From Euglena gracilis (taxonomy: Eukaryota): 64,000 nucleotides of DNA. The notes beneath the pieces were generated by a model. It had not been told where the DNA came from, did no database searches, and worked only from the letters and a program-made list of their open reading frames with translations. The stretch lies in contig CP154954.1 in the NCBI GenBank assembly GCA_039621445.1, positions 23,510,954-23,574,953 on the forward strand, in the 5' to 3' direction. Within the stretch, counting starts at the first letter, position 1; every line of letters begins with the position of its first letter. The translations under genes were made by a program, and so were the position numbers. Of the stretch, positions 43,271 to 57,899 are shown one piece after another.

Positions 43271-46200
43271 CATGGGGGTGAGGGTGACATCAGGGGGAGG
43301 GGGTCAGCCGGACAACCAGAGGCGATTTTCTCGAAAATGGCCAAGACAGGGTCCTTTTCTGTTCCTTTTCACCGACACTGCAAAGTGCTTGCCAGATTCC
43401 TTTAGCCATTAACCGGCACAGGACCCCCCCCCTCGGAGAATCGGCATCCTGTTTTGTAACCTGAGCCACAAAGGAAATGTGCTTGCATTTGTAACACTGA
43501 AAATGAGAAAAAAAATTGCAGTTTGGCTTGAGGTGCTTGTTGGAAGGGTGTGGCATTCAGCAAAAGCGAAAGGAAACCTTTAGGAGTCTCTCTCCAAGAA
43601 GCAAACTTGAGTATATATTTTTACTGACCCGAAAGGGGGAGAGGGGAGTTCGGGCCAAAATCGAGTCGATTACTCTGAAAAAAAAATGCGTCAGTCAAAC
43701 TCTCTGGGGGTCTCAGTGAATTTCATGCATATATTGCCCACATTGTGGGCATGTTGCTGTTGTTGCTACTGTTGGTTCCCAGAATCTCCGCAGTGGGCGA
43801 GCGACCTCATGTCCCCATTTAATCCAACCCACCCCTTTTGAAAGAATCGAAGACCAGTCAGGGACTCTCCCGGCGTGCGAGTCCAAAGCGGGCCCACCAT
43901 TGTGGGCCGCCGCAGGCGGCGGGCAGGGGGAGTGACCTAAGCAGCACAACGAAGAGGGAGCAAAATGGGCCTCCCATCAACGTGGCCATTTTTGGGACTC
44001 CCCAGCACTGTGGCGCAACTCCGGGGCTGCGAACACAACTGCATCCTGGTCAAAACCGTGCCTTCGGAACAAGGGGGCAGTGGTGACTAACCTCATTCTG
44101 GCCGATGGAGTGAGTCTGCTAATCTTCTGCAATTATGATAGGAATGGAGGATGGGAAGGGCAATGCATCTTGTGCCGAATCAAGCTCCAGAAGGGTCACC
44201 CAAAACCCCAGGTGTTCCAAAAGAAAAAAAAACTCCGCCTCCCGAAACGACACCATTGACCGGCCCTAGCTTGCTTGCGCAGAACAATTTCCCTGTGGGA
44301 AACCGGAGGTCAGCAGTGTACCGCAGCAGAGGCCCGACACTGGATGAAACCCCCCCCAAAAATGCAAATGGTGGTTGTTCTCTCACGTGGCTGTTCCACT
44401 CGAAGGCATCAGCCACAGGAGCAGATGCGTGCCGGTATATGTATGTAGACATGCACAGCTGTGGGTGCCAAATTAGAACAGGGAATGGAGCCTACGGCTG
44501 TGCTGCATCGTTTGCCACCCAGCGGTGACGGGGGCAGCGAGACAAGGCCGGTGGGGGCTCACCCCTGGGCGAAGGGCGCGGGGCTCTCCAGGGGCTGGCT
44601 GGGGGACGGCGGGGCTGGGTCGTCCTCGTCCTCATTGTCCATCGGTGGCAGGCCCGCCCATCAGCCACGGACGCCACAGTGCCTTGGGGGGAAACCCCTT
44701 TCCCGGCGTCGCTGCGGTCGACTATTTGCAGCCTGCTGGCTGGTGGGGGAAAAGGGAGGGTCGAGGGTTGCATGAACGTCCCCATCACTGGATCTCTTCA
44801 GGTCTTGAGGGGCGCTTCTGTGCCCCGACTCACTCACCCCCCTCCCCTCATACCCCCTCCCCTGGGCTGTCCGAAACACCAAAGATTATGCCACCACGTG
44901 ACACGCTTCAGGGTTCAACTGGTTGCCTTCAGTTCAAGTGGTGTATGACTCAATGGGTCATTGAGTGGCCTGGCTTCCAGGTCCACTGAGGGATCCGCCT
45001 CCTCGTCATTGGGCTTCTTCCGCTTCAGAAGCCTTCAGAGAGAAAATATTGGCGATTGCCTGCTCTGCTTGCACTGACTCAAAACCGGAGAAAATGAAAA
45101 TATTCTCATGAATCGGGTTAAGCGTCAAGATGTCATTATGAAACGCGATCAACGACAGGTGGATGAACCCACAAAATGTTTTTCCGGATTCCGAAAGGAT
45201 GGCTGTTACTCCAACAATTTCGGGTTGAAGGGCCAGAATCAGTTCTTTTGGCCCCCAACTAACTTTCCCTGATAAAGAAATGTTGAGAGCCCCTCTGGTG
45301 CCAGATACCAGGTTCTTACTTTGATCAACACTTCAGACATCCCCTTTCGAAGAGGGGGTTCTCCAAATCACTCATCTTGGGGGAATATTAACGACACCCT
45401 GTTGATTGGTAGATGGGCTGAAATAACTTACCAATCTTTTCTTGAACAATTTGGACAACAAATGATCAGACTGCAATATCAACCGACCAAAAGATGGGGA
45501 ATCATGCAACACATTGGGAACCATGCCAAACCATGCCACCGTGCACAGTTGCAGGGCCCTAAAACGGTTCAAGCGGACGGAGGAGTGGCAGGCAAACATT
45601 GGCACAGCACCCTTTGGGGCATCTGGTGACACAAGAGCCGGAACCCGGTGCAATTCCAGGTCGCCGGCGAAACGGGGGCCGGAGGGACCTGCTGCTGGCA
45701 CTGCCCTCCGAGCGATTGGTCCGCGGCGACGTGCTGGCCGACGTCGGGGACGACTGGGCGGAACAGCGCACAGATCGCCATCGACAAAACCGTTGCACCC
45801 CCATCCATGGCAGGGGTTGGAGGTGGTTTGTGGAGGCTGTTTAACCCGGGGGGTAAGGGAGGGGGTTTAAAAAAGTTCGAAGAGGCTCGAGTTCGAACGT
45901 TGGAGCTCGAGCCTCCTCCTAAGGCACCCCTCCCCCCCCCCCCCGCTCGGACGTCCCTGGCCAACCAACACACGACCGCTCGGGGAAATCATAATCGTGA
46001 ATGGCCAAAAATAGGAGGGGCTCCCCCGACGCCGGAGGCGGCCGTCTGATTGAAGGGGTTACCACTGGAGAGACGTGGTTGGAACCGCCGACAGAGCGGC
46101 GGGCGGGGACTAGCACTGTGCACAGGCGGTGAGCCGGTGACAAGGCAGGGAGGGGGACACCTGCCGCGGCACTGGTTTGCGGCTGCTCTTCTTAGTTGAC

Positions 46201-46656
46201 CGGCTGACCCGGAGGGGCTCCATCTGGAGGACGTTGCTGAGCGTGGGCAGGGCGTGTCGCCGGGCCAATCACTGGCCACGAGATGGATCGCTCCATCCCA
46301 TGACGAGACCCAGATTGAGCAATCGAGACCCACCCAGGACCAATCCATCGCATAAAGAGACAGAATTGAGCAATCCTGCTCTTCTTCTTGAAAAAGAGAA
46401 GATGAAACAAAATATGTTTCGGCATGTACAATTAGAAAAACTAGATGTGTGAATCGTAACCCAAACACAATTCAATTATAAGAATTAAAAGCCAGTGGAA
46501 CATAATTGACCACAGAAAACGAGGTTTTAAATCCCGGCACCCCCTGAGGTACGGGGCGGCTTCGGCATGCTCGCATCCGCTTCATCATGCACTTCTCCAA
46601 ATGTTTGGTGTAGGCCTCCCTCAGGGCGGGATGAGTTTGTCTCCCCTTCCCCAACC

Positions 46657-47060
46657 CAGCGCTTGACATAAAGGCAGACGGGGTGGGTGAGTCGGACCCT
46701 CCTGGTCGAGCAGGGGGAGGGGTGGGGTGGACAACCCCCCTCCCCCCTGAACAGTGGCGCGGTTCGGGCAACCGAACATTGGCCCGCTTTTCGCTGGGCT
46801 GAAAAAATTTGCCCCCCCCCAAAAAAAATTGCCAAAAGTGCCACTTCGGGCACTTTTTTGGGCCAAAATGCCAAAATTTTCGGTACAAGCGCCGGAAATA
46901 AGATCTTTCTTACTTATTGGGGGCCCTGGGTACCCCCCCCCCGGGCTCGGTCCGGACCTCCCTGGCAGGCGGGGGGGGGGGGGGCTGGTCCAGACCTCCC
47001 CTCCGGTCCAGGGGGGGACACCCCCCTCTATAACCCGCGCACTCCTTACATTGAACCCTG
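46657..47060. mobile_element. Diverged copy of the 3403-3801 MITE family
   Basis: Shares the CCAAAAGTGCCA..GGGCACTTTTT core. Right end is TCCTTACATTGAACCCTG. Confidence 0.6.
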
Positions 47061-49879
47061 GCCCCTACCTGCTAACCCTTTTCATTCTGGAAGACCAATC
47101 AAAAGGTCAGCCTGGGGTGAGGAATGATGAGGAGAGGTCTTTGCAGTTGCCATCGCTGCAAAAGACAGTTTTAGACAGTTTTACTTCATTTTCTTCTCAT
47201 TTGTATTTTCTATTGAATCAAATGACCCTCGGGGAAGAAAAATGCATCAATCCGCTTCTCATGATGGATGATTTTGTCGGAAAATTGCCCGATTGCACAT
47301 GCACATGTGCACACATGCACCAAATTCTCATCCTAACCGACAATAAATTCTTCAACTCCACCCTCTCTCTGCCAACCCCCCCCCCCCCAGCCTGCGTTCA
47401 ATGGAGGCGGAATTCGACAAGGGGGGAGGTCACAGGGTTGGCGACATTGGGATTCCTTCAGACCCCAATTTCGGATGAGGTCTCTCAACCCGTCCTGGTG
47501 TTGGAGTTGACTACGGACCCACAATTGTCGCATGGGAATAGCACCCCCTGCGAAAAGGGGGACATGGTTGAGACATGGTTGACTGATGGCTTACAGCACA
47601 AAAAAGACGCCAGCCCTGTGCCAAGAAAAGTTTCCAAAAAAATAATTTTGCTTCGTGGCAAACGACAGAGGTGTCCCAGCCTGGAGCATAGAAAAGTACG
47701 AAAACCTTTTCACTTGCTGATTCCATAATTTGAACACTGTGTATGGATTGAGAAGGACTCGAGCGCTCCACCTAGATACTGCGAGTGACCTTTTCGCCAA
47801 CCAAGCGTTTGGGGATGTTTGGATACACAGATGGTCAGACTGGAGATGGTGGGGTTTTTGGTGGCGCGAAAAAAAAAACCGAAAACGTTCTCTGATCAGG
47901 GGTGGTTGTCGGATGTGGAGGAATGCAAAAGCTTTCCTCATTTTCGCTAATGGTGTGGGCCACCAGGAGGTTGCATGGTAATTATCCCTTTCAAAAAATG
48001 ATGGCTTGCCATACACAGGAAAACTTGGGAAAAATTCGATCATGGGCCTCAGCATGCGGACAATACCAAACTTTTGAAAGAAGTTTACTATAAGCATCCA
48101 AAAAGAATTCTGGGTGGTCAAGGCCAAAGGTTGGTAACGTTGGTCGGTCCTAATTAGGCGAACCCGAAAACGCCACTTCTAAAAAAAGCAGACGCCCCTG
48201 ATGCCATATTTTCACTCCCACCTTCCACCGCCCAACACCATTGTTGCAAATCCACGCGCCTTCAACGGTGACATTCTGGCTGTACACCCGGCAGGCACTT
48301 GCATGCTGCAGGGAAGGGCAGGGCGAGCACGCGCCTCCCCATCAGCTTCGGCGGCCATTTCCGGAAACACCAGCCGCCCCTTGCCCAGGGCCTTCCCCGC
48401 CTCCATCGGCCGGTCACATCGTCGGCGGCACGCTGGCGGGCGGGGGGGGGGGGGGCTGGTGTCCAGTGTGGTGGAGCAAGCCACCGCCAAAGAAATCCTG
48501 CTGAGTAGGAAATGGGTTGGGATACGCGATCCTCACGATTCCAAAAATAAGGAAGAGATACCCCGCTTGTCCAGTTGTCCAGAACTTCAACACACAAAAG
48601 GTAACAACCCAGTGTGTTGTGTTCTTGCGCGCTTGTCAGGGTACACTCCGTGCTGATTCCAGTTCCTGGCCATCCGGTGGCAAAGGAGTTGTTGGCTGCA
48701 CTGGCGGTGAACCCCACCCCCAAAATGCTATGGCTTTGCAATACCCTGAACTTTGCAAGGGGGAAAGCCAAAAATTAGTCTGTCCAAATCCCTTTGTCAC
48801 CCCTCACAAAGAACAACGGGAACATGATGCATCCTTCCGGAAAGTCAGGAGCCAATGAACAAAAAAAAATACCATAAATGCCATGTTCTTGCTGTTCGAT
48901 GACCAGAAGAATTAAACCACGTTAAGCTCTTTAGTAAAAGAAGCATTTTACACCAAATTGCTTTCAGGGAAAATGGTAACTCAATCCATCAACATTTTCT
49001 AGCTTCTGCCCAGATGGCTTTGCAGGGGTAAAAGCTAATGAGGTTGGTCTATTACCTTTCCAGGGTGCATCGTTATTTGGGGAGTCACCATTTATGGTTG
49101 GCTAGTGCAATCAACAGGGCTCCCAGGCGGGAAACCAAGCAAGGCATCCTGTTTAAAAAAACACCAATCCTGTTTAAAAAAACACCAATCAGCTGCACTA
49201 GGGGGGGGGTGGACCAGAGTTGTTCACCTGGCCAGGGGGAGCAACACGAGAGCACTGATGTAAGGGGTCCCTGGCCACTCACCACACAAACTGGGCAAGA
49301 AGCGAAATTAGCGCCGACCATAAACAGACAAGAAGCCTTAGTGTGGACATGATGATCCACAGTGACATCGTCAGGCTCCGGGGGAAGCCTTGACGCTGGC
49401 AACAAGATACGATACGCCTCGCCGACAAGACGGTGCGTGCTGTCTGTCTCGCGAGGTACAGGGGGAGGTTGAGGGGAGGGGCCAGCGTGCAGCGGAGGTG
49501 CCCCGGCGTTGTGCCACCTGGCCCATACCATGGTGGGCCATGCATCGGAAGCCCGGGCAAGTGGGTTGGGGGGTGGCCGGTCAGAAGAAGGGAGAGTACT
49601 GCCCGGGGTCGATGAACGCGGTGGGGTCAGACTCCACACTGCGGCTGGACTCGGCCTGGGCATCTGTCGGGAAAAGAGCGAGACGGGGCAGCGATGGTGG
49701 GGGGGAGACCACATGACGAGCACAACACACAAGGCGTGGGGGCATCCAGGGTTCCGGGGGACACCTAGGCCCTAAACCCCCACTTATGAACCCCCCGGGG
49801 TTTAAAGCATCCAGTTAGGTTGGTCGGCCGAAGGGGGGGGTTTATAAGTGGGGGGAGGGGTCGCTGAACTGTTATCCCT

Positions 49880-51050
49880 TTATGGGTAAGAGCGAAGCTT
49901 ATCCCTGGGGAAAAGGGGGGCCCCCCGCCCCCCCCCCCCCTCTGGGTCGGGGCCACCTCGGGAACCAGCTGATTATCACCATGATCTCGGCCCCTTTCCC
50001 GGAATTTTTTTTCCAATCGCGAGCCCTGGGTTGACCCCCAACTCCCCGCCAGGCCGGAGTTATTCACGCGCGAAGGGCCGCCCCCCCCCCCCTGGATGAG
50101 CCCCCCCCCCCTTTGGACTCTGCCATTTTGGGCCCAAAAATCGATATTTTCAAAATACGAAAATGATGCAAAATGAAAGGAAATGTCCCGAGACCTAAAT
50201 TGAAGCCCTTGGAACGCCCTATCTACTGGTATTTTGATTTCCCCGCAACTCCCCGCCTAGCGAGATACGGCCGTTTTTTTCCGGCCCAGATGGCCGTTTT
50301 GTACACTTTTCCCACTGTCCGACTTGGCCGTTTTCGGGGGGTGGGGGGTCAAAAAATCAATGCTTTCAAAATTCCTCGAAAATGAAGCAAAATCAAAGGA
50401 AATGTCCTGAGGCCTAATTTGAAGCCCATCTGCCGGTGTTTTGATTTCCCCACAACTCCCCGCCAAGCCCGAGATACGGCCGTTTTTCGGCCAATTTGGG
50501 ACATTTTGTACACTTTTTCCACTGTCAGACTCAGCCGTTCAGCAGGACAAAAAAGTCGAAACAAATCCAAAAAAATTGAAAAAATTTTATTGCCCCAAAA
50601 TCATGTTTTTTGGCCTCCCGGACCCGGAAAAAAATGTTTTCGAGCCGAAAAGGAGCGTTTTTCGACCCCCCCCCCCTGCCCCCGTTTTGGGCCCGAAACC
50701 AATGGACTTTGGGTCATTTTGGGGTCAAAAAAGTCGAAAAAAGTCGAATTTTTTTTAACCCAGAACGATGTTTTTTGGCCTCCCGGACCCGAAAAAATGT
50801 TTTTGAGCCGAAAATGAGCGTTTTTCGACCCGCCAGCGCCCCGTTTTGGGCCGCCAACCCATTGACTTTGGGTCAAACCCGGGTCAAAAAATTTGAAACA
50901 ATTCGAAAAACCTTTTTGCCCGAAACGATGTTTTTTGGCCTCCCGGACCCGGAAAAACTGTTTTTGAGCTAAAAATGAGTGTTTTTCGACCCGCCAGCGC
51001 CCCGTTTTGTGCCGCCAACCCATTGACTTTGGGTCAAAAACGGGCAAAAA
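49880..51050. mobile_element. Uninterrupted copy of the dispersed repeat at 7850-11030
   Basis: Shared blocks GGTAAGAGCGAAGCTTA, CCCTTGGAACGCCC.ATCTACTGGTATTTTGATTTCCCC and TTTTTGGCCTCCCGGACC. Confidence 0.7.
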
Positions 51051-51510
51051 TATTCCAAAAAACTCCAAGAAACTCCTCTTTTCTCTGCCCCCCCCCTTCC
51101 AGGGGACAAAAGCTCAATCCAAGCAAGGGCTATGACAGCCTTTCAAATCAATGGCTATGGAATCCAGGAGGGGATTACGGCCAAGGCGGCCCAAGACACA
51201 GATGTCAAGATTGGGGAAGGAGCTGGAAGAGCCAAATGCCGAACTCTTCAGCAGTGGGAACCCCACCGGTCAAACAGACCCACCCATCCCCCCCTCCATA
51301 AATCCCTTCAGGGACAGTGGGAGCAAGAAATGGCATCAACCCTTCAACGCAAGGCCCTGGGGGGCATCATGTCAAGGGCCAAGGCTATGGCAGCCTGCAG
51401 CATCAGAGCCTGGACAGAGGCAGTCAATATCATTAAACTGGCAGCAGCCCAGGACAACAGGTCGAACAGATCCACCAACTCCCCCTTTCACTTACCCCTT
51501 CACCCCCCTG

Positions 51511-51876
51511 CAGGGTTCGATATAAAGAGAGGAGGGGGGGGGGTGGTCCGGACCCCCCCCCCCTGCGGGCCAGGAGGGGGGGGGGTGGGGGGGACACCCC
51601 CCCCCACCTAAACAGTGGCGCGGTCAGGGTGACCGATTTTCGGCCCAGCGCAAAGCGCCGGGCCGAAAAATTTTGACCCCCCAAAACGACCAAAAGTGCC
51701 ATTTTGGGCACTTTTTGGGCAAAAATTGGCCAAAAATGCAAAAAAATTTCGGCGCGAAGCGCCGGAGGAAAAAATTGACCCTTTTGAGGGGGGGGGGTCC
51801 CGGGTACCCCCCGAGGGTCGGTCCGGACCCCCCTTGCAGGTGGGGGGGGGTGGTCCGGACCCCCCCTGCGGGCCAG
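51511..51876. mobile_element. Truncated copy of the 3403-3801 MITE family
   Basis: Starts CAGGGTTCGATATAA. Internal sequence is near-identical to 3403-3733. Confidence 0.7.
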
Positions 51877-52759
51877 GATTTGGATTTGGATTTGGTATGC
51901 CTCGCACGCAACGCCCGCGGTCAGCAGCCAATGCCGCAGCCTTGACTGCCGCCGCGGGGCGGACCCGAGGCCCGGGAATGGAGCAAGAAGAGGAGCAGAG
52001 GGAAGAGAGACACAAGAGGCAATGCTGTTGCACTTTCACTAAGGATGGGTGGAGGGGAGGTGGTCCTGAGGGTAGAGCTCTAAACAGAATTGAGGAACCA
52101 ACAAAGAGTAACATCAAAACTAAGACTAAAGAATAAAAATAGGGAAAAGCCAAAATGCAATGCGGGGTATGACACTGTAGCGTGCAGACACACATTGAGG
52201 CTGCAGCGTGGTATGGCCATCTATTGCTAATGTGACTCTGGAGTGACACCGGACCGCTGTACGAGACAGCATAGAACAGGAAAGTTGCACATATTTTGGG
52301 GAGGGTAAATATTGGTGAGATAGAGTATTTTATGGGTATATCAATGAATCCCTGCCGGCGGTGCAGCCTAGACTGCATCTGCACGGGCGCTTCAGCTCCA
52401 GCACTGCCCCGTCTCTGCCCCCATAACCAAAAAGGGCTTCTCGTCCTCCCGCTCCATCGCACAGCAGGGGCAGGCCCTCGTCCCCCACGACCGGCGTAAA
52501 GAAGCAGTACGCTCCGCGCCGACGACACCCACTTCAGCACCGACAGAGGAGCGGTGTGGACAAACCCCTTCTCTACTCCGCCGGTCTCCAGAACTCACAT
52601 GTCGAGCAGCACCACGCCGCCTTCTCGCGCCACAGGCACACCGGGTCCAAGAGGGGGTGGATGTAAAATTGCACCTAACGTTCCCCGCCAGTCCGCCACC
52701 TCCAGCATCCCATCCCACACACTCGCGCGGTGTCCGGGTGCGGACCGAGTCCCTTCCCC

Positions 52760-52861
52760 ATCACATTGAAGAACGGGCGATGGAGTCCGAAACCCGAAAA
52801 GTCGGAGGACAACCTGGTGGACCATGATGTGGAGCAGACAGTGCTTGTGGCGTACGTCCAC
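52760..52861 (-). CDS. Possible exon of the host gene
   Basis: VDVRHKHCLLHIMVHQVVLRLFGFRTPSPVLQCDG, with high GC3. Confidence 0.35.
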
Positions 52862-55554
52862 AAAGGAGTTAATTTTGGGATTTTGAGCTGAAATATATTA
52901 TATTATTGTTCCTGAGGGGGAAAAAAACCAAATCCACAGAGCGTGGTGCCAGCCCTTGTTGGCTCAATCATGCCTGTATTTTGTTACCTTCTTGGGCATT
53001 GGCGCTGGCCTGGCAGTGGGCTGGTGCACAATATCGTCCCACCGCACTGCAGCACAACGACCTTGCATAATATGCCCCCCCCTGCAAGGATGCCACCGCC
53101 CACAGCCATCGCCACCGAGGACCCCCCCCCCTTCACATCAAAACCAGCATCTCCCACACAGTTGCCTGCTTTGCCCGCTAACCGCCTGGAGATCTGTCAC
53201 TCCCATTGGCACTGACGTTGTACAGTTTGGAGAAAAAGTTCTGAGTTGTCTAATGAATCAGTCAGTAAATGTCGCTGGTTTTTTCCGACCTTTCTTCGGT
53301 GGACAAGGAGCAGCCTGTTGCATGGGCAAAAAAAAAAAGAATCAAGCACCCATTCCCCCAGCAGCAGTTTAACGTCTCCCGGTGCAAACCCGTTGAGACG
53401 CAGCTCTCTCATTTCGGGGCCTAACCACAAATCTGTTTGTGCAAATCCAGCACTTTTAACTTGATTTTCAACCCCCCCCCGACTGCTTCTGCACGCACAT
53501 TCCACAATACAGGAGTAACGCAGCCTTGGCCCAATGCTGTGCAGTCATTTACCCATCACGACTACACTACCAGAAATCCCCGTTCCTAGTGCTGCCACCC
53601 AGCCCACAAACAGCCACCCTCCCCGGCGCTTTGGGTTTCCGCAACCTCTTACTGCACAGTGCAGCCGTGCCAGAGCGGCTGCAGCAGCCACAACCCCACC
53701 ATACTGCCCACAACCCAGCCACAATGGCCAAAAACCATGTCCATATTTTCGCACAGGAGGTTGAATCTTTCCACTTACTCTCACCTGTTTCTCCATCCAT
53801 TAATGACGCCAGCTGCAGATTTCGTGTCTACGGCAACTGCGTTGCGGGGTCCGTCGGCCAATCACCCAGCAGGATTCGCGAGAGGTTCATCTTGGCCTGG
53901 AGGTGCCACTGCTCGCATGCACCCGGGACTCCTGCTCAAATCAAATTGAATAATTGGGCAGGCTTGGGGATTTGGACGGGATGGCTGGCAACATCTGCAA
54001 GCGGTGGCAAGAAGAGACCTCCCAGAGCAGAGAGTGGTCAGACATTTTTCGGAAAACCGGCTGGTAGACAGAAAATATTCTAGGAAGCAAGGAGACAATT
54101 AGTTGTCAAGGGATGTATCACCTTTGCATCGTAAGAGGTCACAGCAGCTGGTGTAGCTCCTTGCTGGTGTGGCACAGCTTCAGTTCAGAGCTGAGCTGAG
54201 GGCAGCACTGGCAGCACTAGATGGCGACAAGTCAAGCGGTTGCATTGCAAGATGCAGCCCACCAAAAGAGCAGATTGCGAGAATCAACAACCTGACATCC
54301 CCATTTTGGACGATCCGGCAAGACAAAATCGAATAAGAATTCGCCCAGATTTGGAAAATTTTGAATGTTCCGCCAGATGAACCTCCTTTTTCCCTGCACA
54401 AACTTTTGAAACCATTTGATTTGAAAGCTGCGGTGTAATTTGTACCCGATTCTCATAGCAGCAGAAGGCAGATGCGGAGGTAACTTGTTTGGCTGGTGGC
54501 CATGCTGGGGCGTGGCGTCGGGCTATTGGGCCAACTGGCTGAGGAGTTGACTGCAATGGTACCTGCGCAGTTGCGTTACAGGGGGCAGCTCACTGAGCGG
54601 TGGTGGTCCGCAACGAAGCGGTGAGTGACGACTGTTGCTGACTGCGGGTGGTGGCTGGCATGGGTGGGGATGTGCGTATGATGGCGGATGCGCTGTGGCG
54701 GATAACAATCTGGCAATGAGACACCGTCCCCTGCTGGAATAAGACAAACTTCTGGGATGAGGGTGGAACTTAAAGCAATGAACCACATATTGGAGTACAA
54801 ACGCTACAGTGCTGCTCCATTTCTGCTGAGGCCTTTCACACCTCGCCAGAGTGCTCATCAATGATCTTATAATTTGTACAATCCCCAAACAAACAACTGG
54901 AACCCCGGTCAAGACCACCCAAATAACAAGTATGGTGAGGTGCGTCATTTAGAAAACATCTGGTTGGGGTCTATCATCGGTACGTGGCAGAATACTAATA
55001 TGTGATTTCTGAACCTACTGAACTTCCAGCGAAAAAAGGGGGGGAAACGGTTGGAAATTTGCACGAAAAATTTGTACGCCCAACAACAGAGGTGGGTGTT
55101 AATTCTCAAATATGTGTTAATTCTCAAAATATGCCCGGGGGGGGGGGGGCTGGCAAACTCCATTTGAAACTCGGCGGCAGTTATAAATAATGCCAGTCAG
55201 ATTGTTCTTTGGTTCTTTTCATCGGACAGGGTGGAAAAAGCAAAAAAAAAACTCTGCAGAAACAAACAGGGAACTAGGCGAATTTTTTTTTGTATACAAA
55301 TGGGGTAGAGATAGGAGTTGCCCAAATCAAACTGGTCTGCACTCAGCCTTGTACTAGTTCTTCATGCGGAAAGTGGAAAAATGTTTTCAAAAAAATGCAC
55401 CATGCAACTGCTGTGGCGGACTGGAAATTACTTTGGTAGAGCAGAAACGGCTGTGGCAGATATCAACTGCCTCAAAAAAAATTTTTGGCGCATATTGGGC
55501 AGGGAGACTGGCTGCATGGCGGGGTGAGGTTTGAGATGTTCACAAAGATGGAGG

Positions 55555-55555
55555 G

Positions 55556-55628
<73 letters not shown>
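55555..55628 (+). repeat. Poly(A) tract
   Basis: About 73 A with a single C. Confidence 0.9.
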
Positions 55629-55630
<2 letters not shown>

Positions 55631-56239
55631 TCTCGCCTAGCGGACAGAGCTGCTACGAACACAGGGTCCAAAATAAATAAATAACTGGGTGGTTTGGTTG
55701 CCCCGGGGGGGATGGATTAGAAGCCGCTGTGGCAGTTGAAGGCTGTGGCGGTGGCAGGCACTGCCGCAGCAGCGCCTTGTGCCTGCCGCAGAACTGGCAC
55801 GGGCAGTGGCTTGCTCCAAGGCAGCTGCCTGCATAGAGGTGGCTGTGGCGGTGGCTAGCACTACAGCAATGCCTGGCGGTTCAGTGGCACTGCGGAAACG
55901 AGTGGCACTGAAGTCACAATGGCTGACACGGAGCAGCTGCTGCAGTGGTGCGTGCTGTGAGGTGGTGACTGGTACAGCCTTGACGGTAACAGGGTCCGCA
56001 GTGGTGGCTATCGGCACTGCGATGCTGCAAGTTCTGGCAAAGCTGTGGAGGTGAGGGCAGCTGGGCATATTGCCGGTCCATTGCAGCGGCTGACGAGTCG
56101 ACGGGCAGCGGCAGCTGGCAACGCCGCGCTCCCTCCGCCAGCATTGCGAGCGGGCTACATTGTCCAGGGCAGTCTTTAAGCAGGAAAATGGGGAGAAAAC
56201 CACTGTCCCAGCACCTGCAATGCAAAATCCACCCCCCCC

Positions 56240-57675
56240 ACCGGCAAAACAGGTCGACCTCGGGGGGGACGATATCTGGATGTTTTTGACTAGCACTGAA
56301 CCAGCCAAAACTTCAAATGTGTTGTTTTTTTTGAACACGTTCAGTTCTGGGTCTGGCTCTTAGCCAGCCCTTGGTCCTGAGGCGGTCCTTTTCAAATTTT
56401 TATATATAAAAAAACAGCTTGATATGGACCACCCTGACCCTCTCACGGAGCTGGTGGAGCCAGCGGTGGTGGCTGTCTCTGCGCAAGGCACTGCGGCGAC
56501 CGCGGCAGGCAGTGCTGTGGCGGCGGCTGGCACTGCCGCAAACGGTTGGTGCTGTGGCGGTGGTGGGGCGGGGGCTGCGGTGGTCGTCCACTGTGGGGTG
56601 CTGACGCGGTGGCTGGAGCTGTGGCTATGCTGGGGTGCTGCAGTGGCCGGTGCCCAGCGGTTGAGCGGTGGTCGCCTCTGCCCAGCAGGCGCTGCGGCGG
56701 TGGCTGGTGCTGCGGCAGCTGTTGCTGTAGTGCGGTGGGCACTGCTGTCAGAGAGGTTACAGCGGTGGCTGGAGGCTGCTGTTGCGGTGGGAAAAGTGGT
56801 ACTGCGGTTGCAGATGCTACGGCGATGGGCACTGCTGCAGCCTTGGGCTGCGCAGAATGGGTGATGTGATTCATGCTGCCGCTGCGGCGAGTACAGAGGC
56901 GGGGACCAACGCTGTGGTGGGGGAGCACAGCGGCTGCGGAACGCCCTAACGGTGGAGACCGCGGTGGAGTGTGCTGTGTGTCATCGACTGGAGCTGCTGC
57001 TTCGTGGGCACTGCAGCAGCTGATGTGGTGGCTGGCAAAATGGCCAGCGTGACGTGACGGCTGCACTGCCGAGCGAAGCTTGTTTCTGTGGCACCAACCA
57101 ACCTCAGCGGCTGAAACTGTCCAGGGAGGTCCTTCAGTGAATAAAAAGAATATAAAAAGCAGCACCTTCAATGGAAAAAGAAACACCAACATGCAGAACA
57201 AATTTGATATATTTCGTAAAAAGTTGACACCAGGGGGGGACGATATTTGGATGTTTTTGGCCAGCACTGAACCAGCCAAAACTACAAATGGGTTGTTTTT
57301 TTTGTTTACACGTCCAGTTCTGGGTTTGGATCTTAGCCAGCCCTTGGTCCTGAGGCGGTCCTTAAGAGGTAAAAAAAAAATAAACACTTGATATGGACCA
57401 CCCTGACCCTGTCACAGAGCTGGTGGGGCCAGCGGTGGTGGCTGCCTCTGCGCAAGGCACTGCGGCGACTGCGGCAGGCAGTGCTGTGGCGGCGGCTGGC
57501 ACTGCCGCAAACGGTTGGTGCTGTGGCGGTGGTGGAGGCGGGGACTGCAGTGGCCATGCTGCAGTGGCCAGTGCCCAGCGGTTGAGCGGTGGTCGCCTCC
57601 ACCTGGTAGGCGCTGTGGCGGTGGCTGGTGCTGTGGCAGCTGTTGCTGTAGTGCGGTGGGCACTGCAGTCAGAGA
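56240..57675. repeat. ~1-kb-period degenerate tandem duplication
   Basis: About 56263-56750 is repeated at about 57233-57672 (GGGGGGACGATAT.TGGATGTTTTTG...GATATGGACCACCCTGACCCT...). Confidence 0.75.
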
Positions 57676-57899
57676 AAAAAAAATAATAATAAATTGGAAT
57701 CCCTCTTGGACGACCAGAACCCATCTGACGTGTTTCCAGCCCCACGCCCTGTTCCACACGACCCGCAACCCTGCCTCTGTGTTGGTGTAGCTGGTTTTCG
57801 TGGGCATTTGTTTGGCAAGTGGTGATGATGATATTTCGTCGAGTGGGACTGACTGCGTGGTACAGGAGAAAATACTCAGTAATGAAGGAAACCATCAAA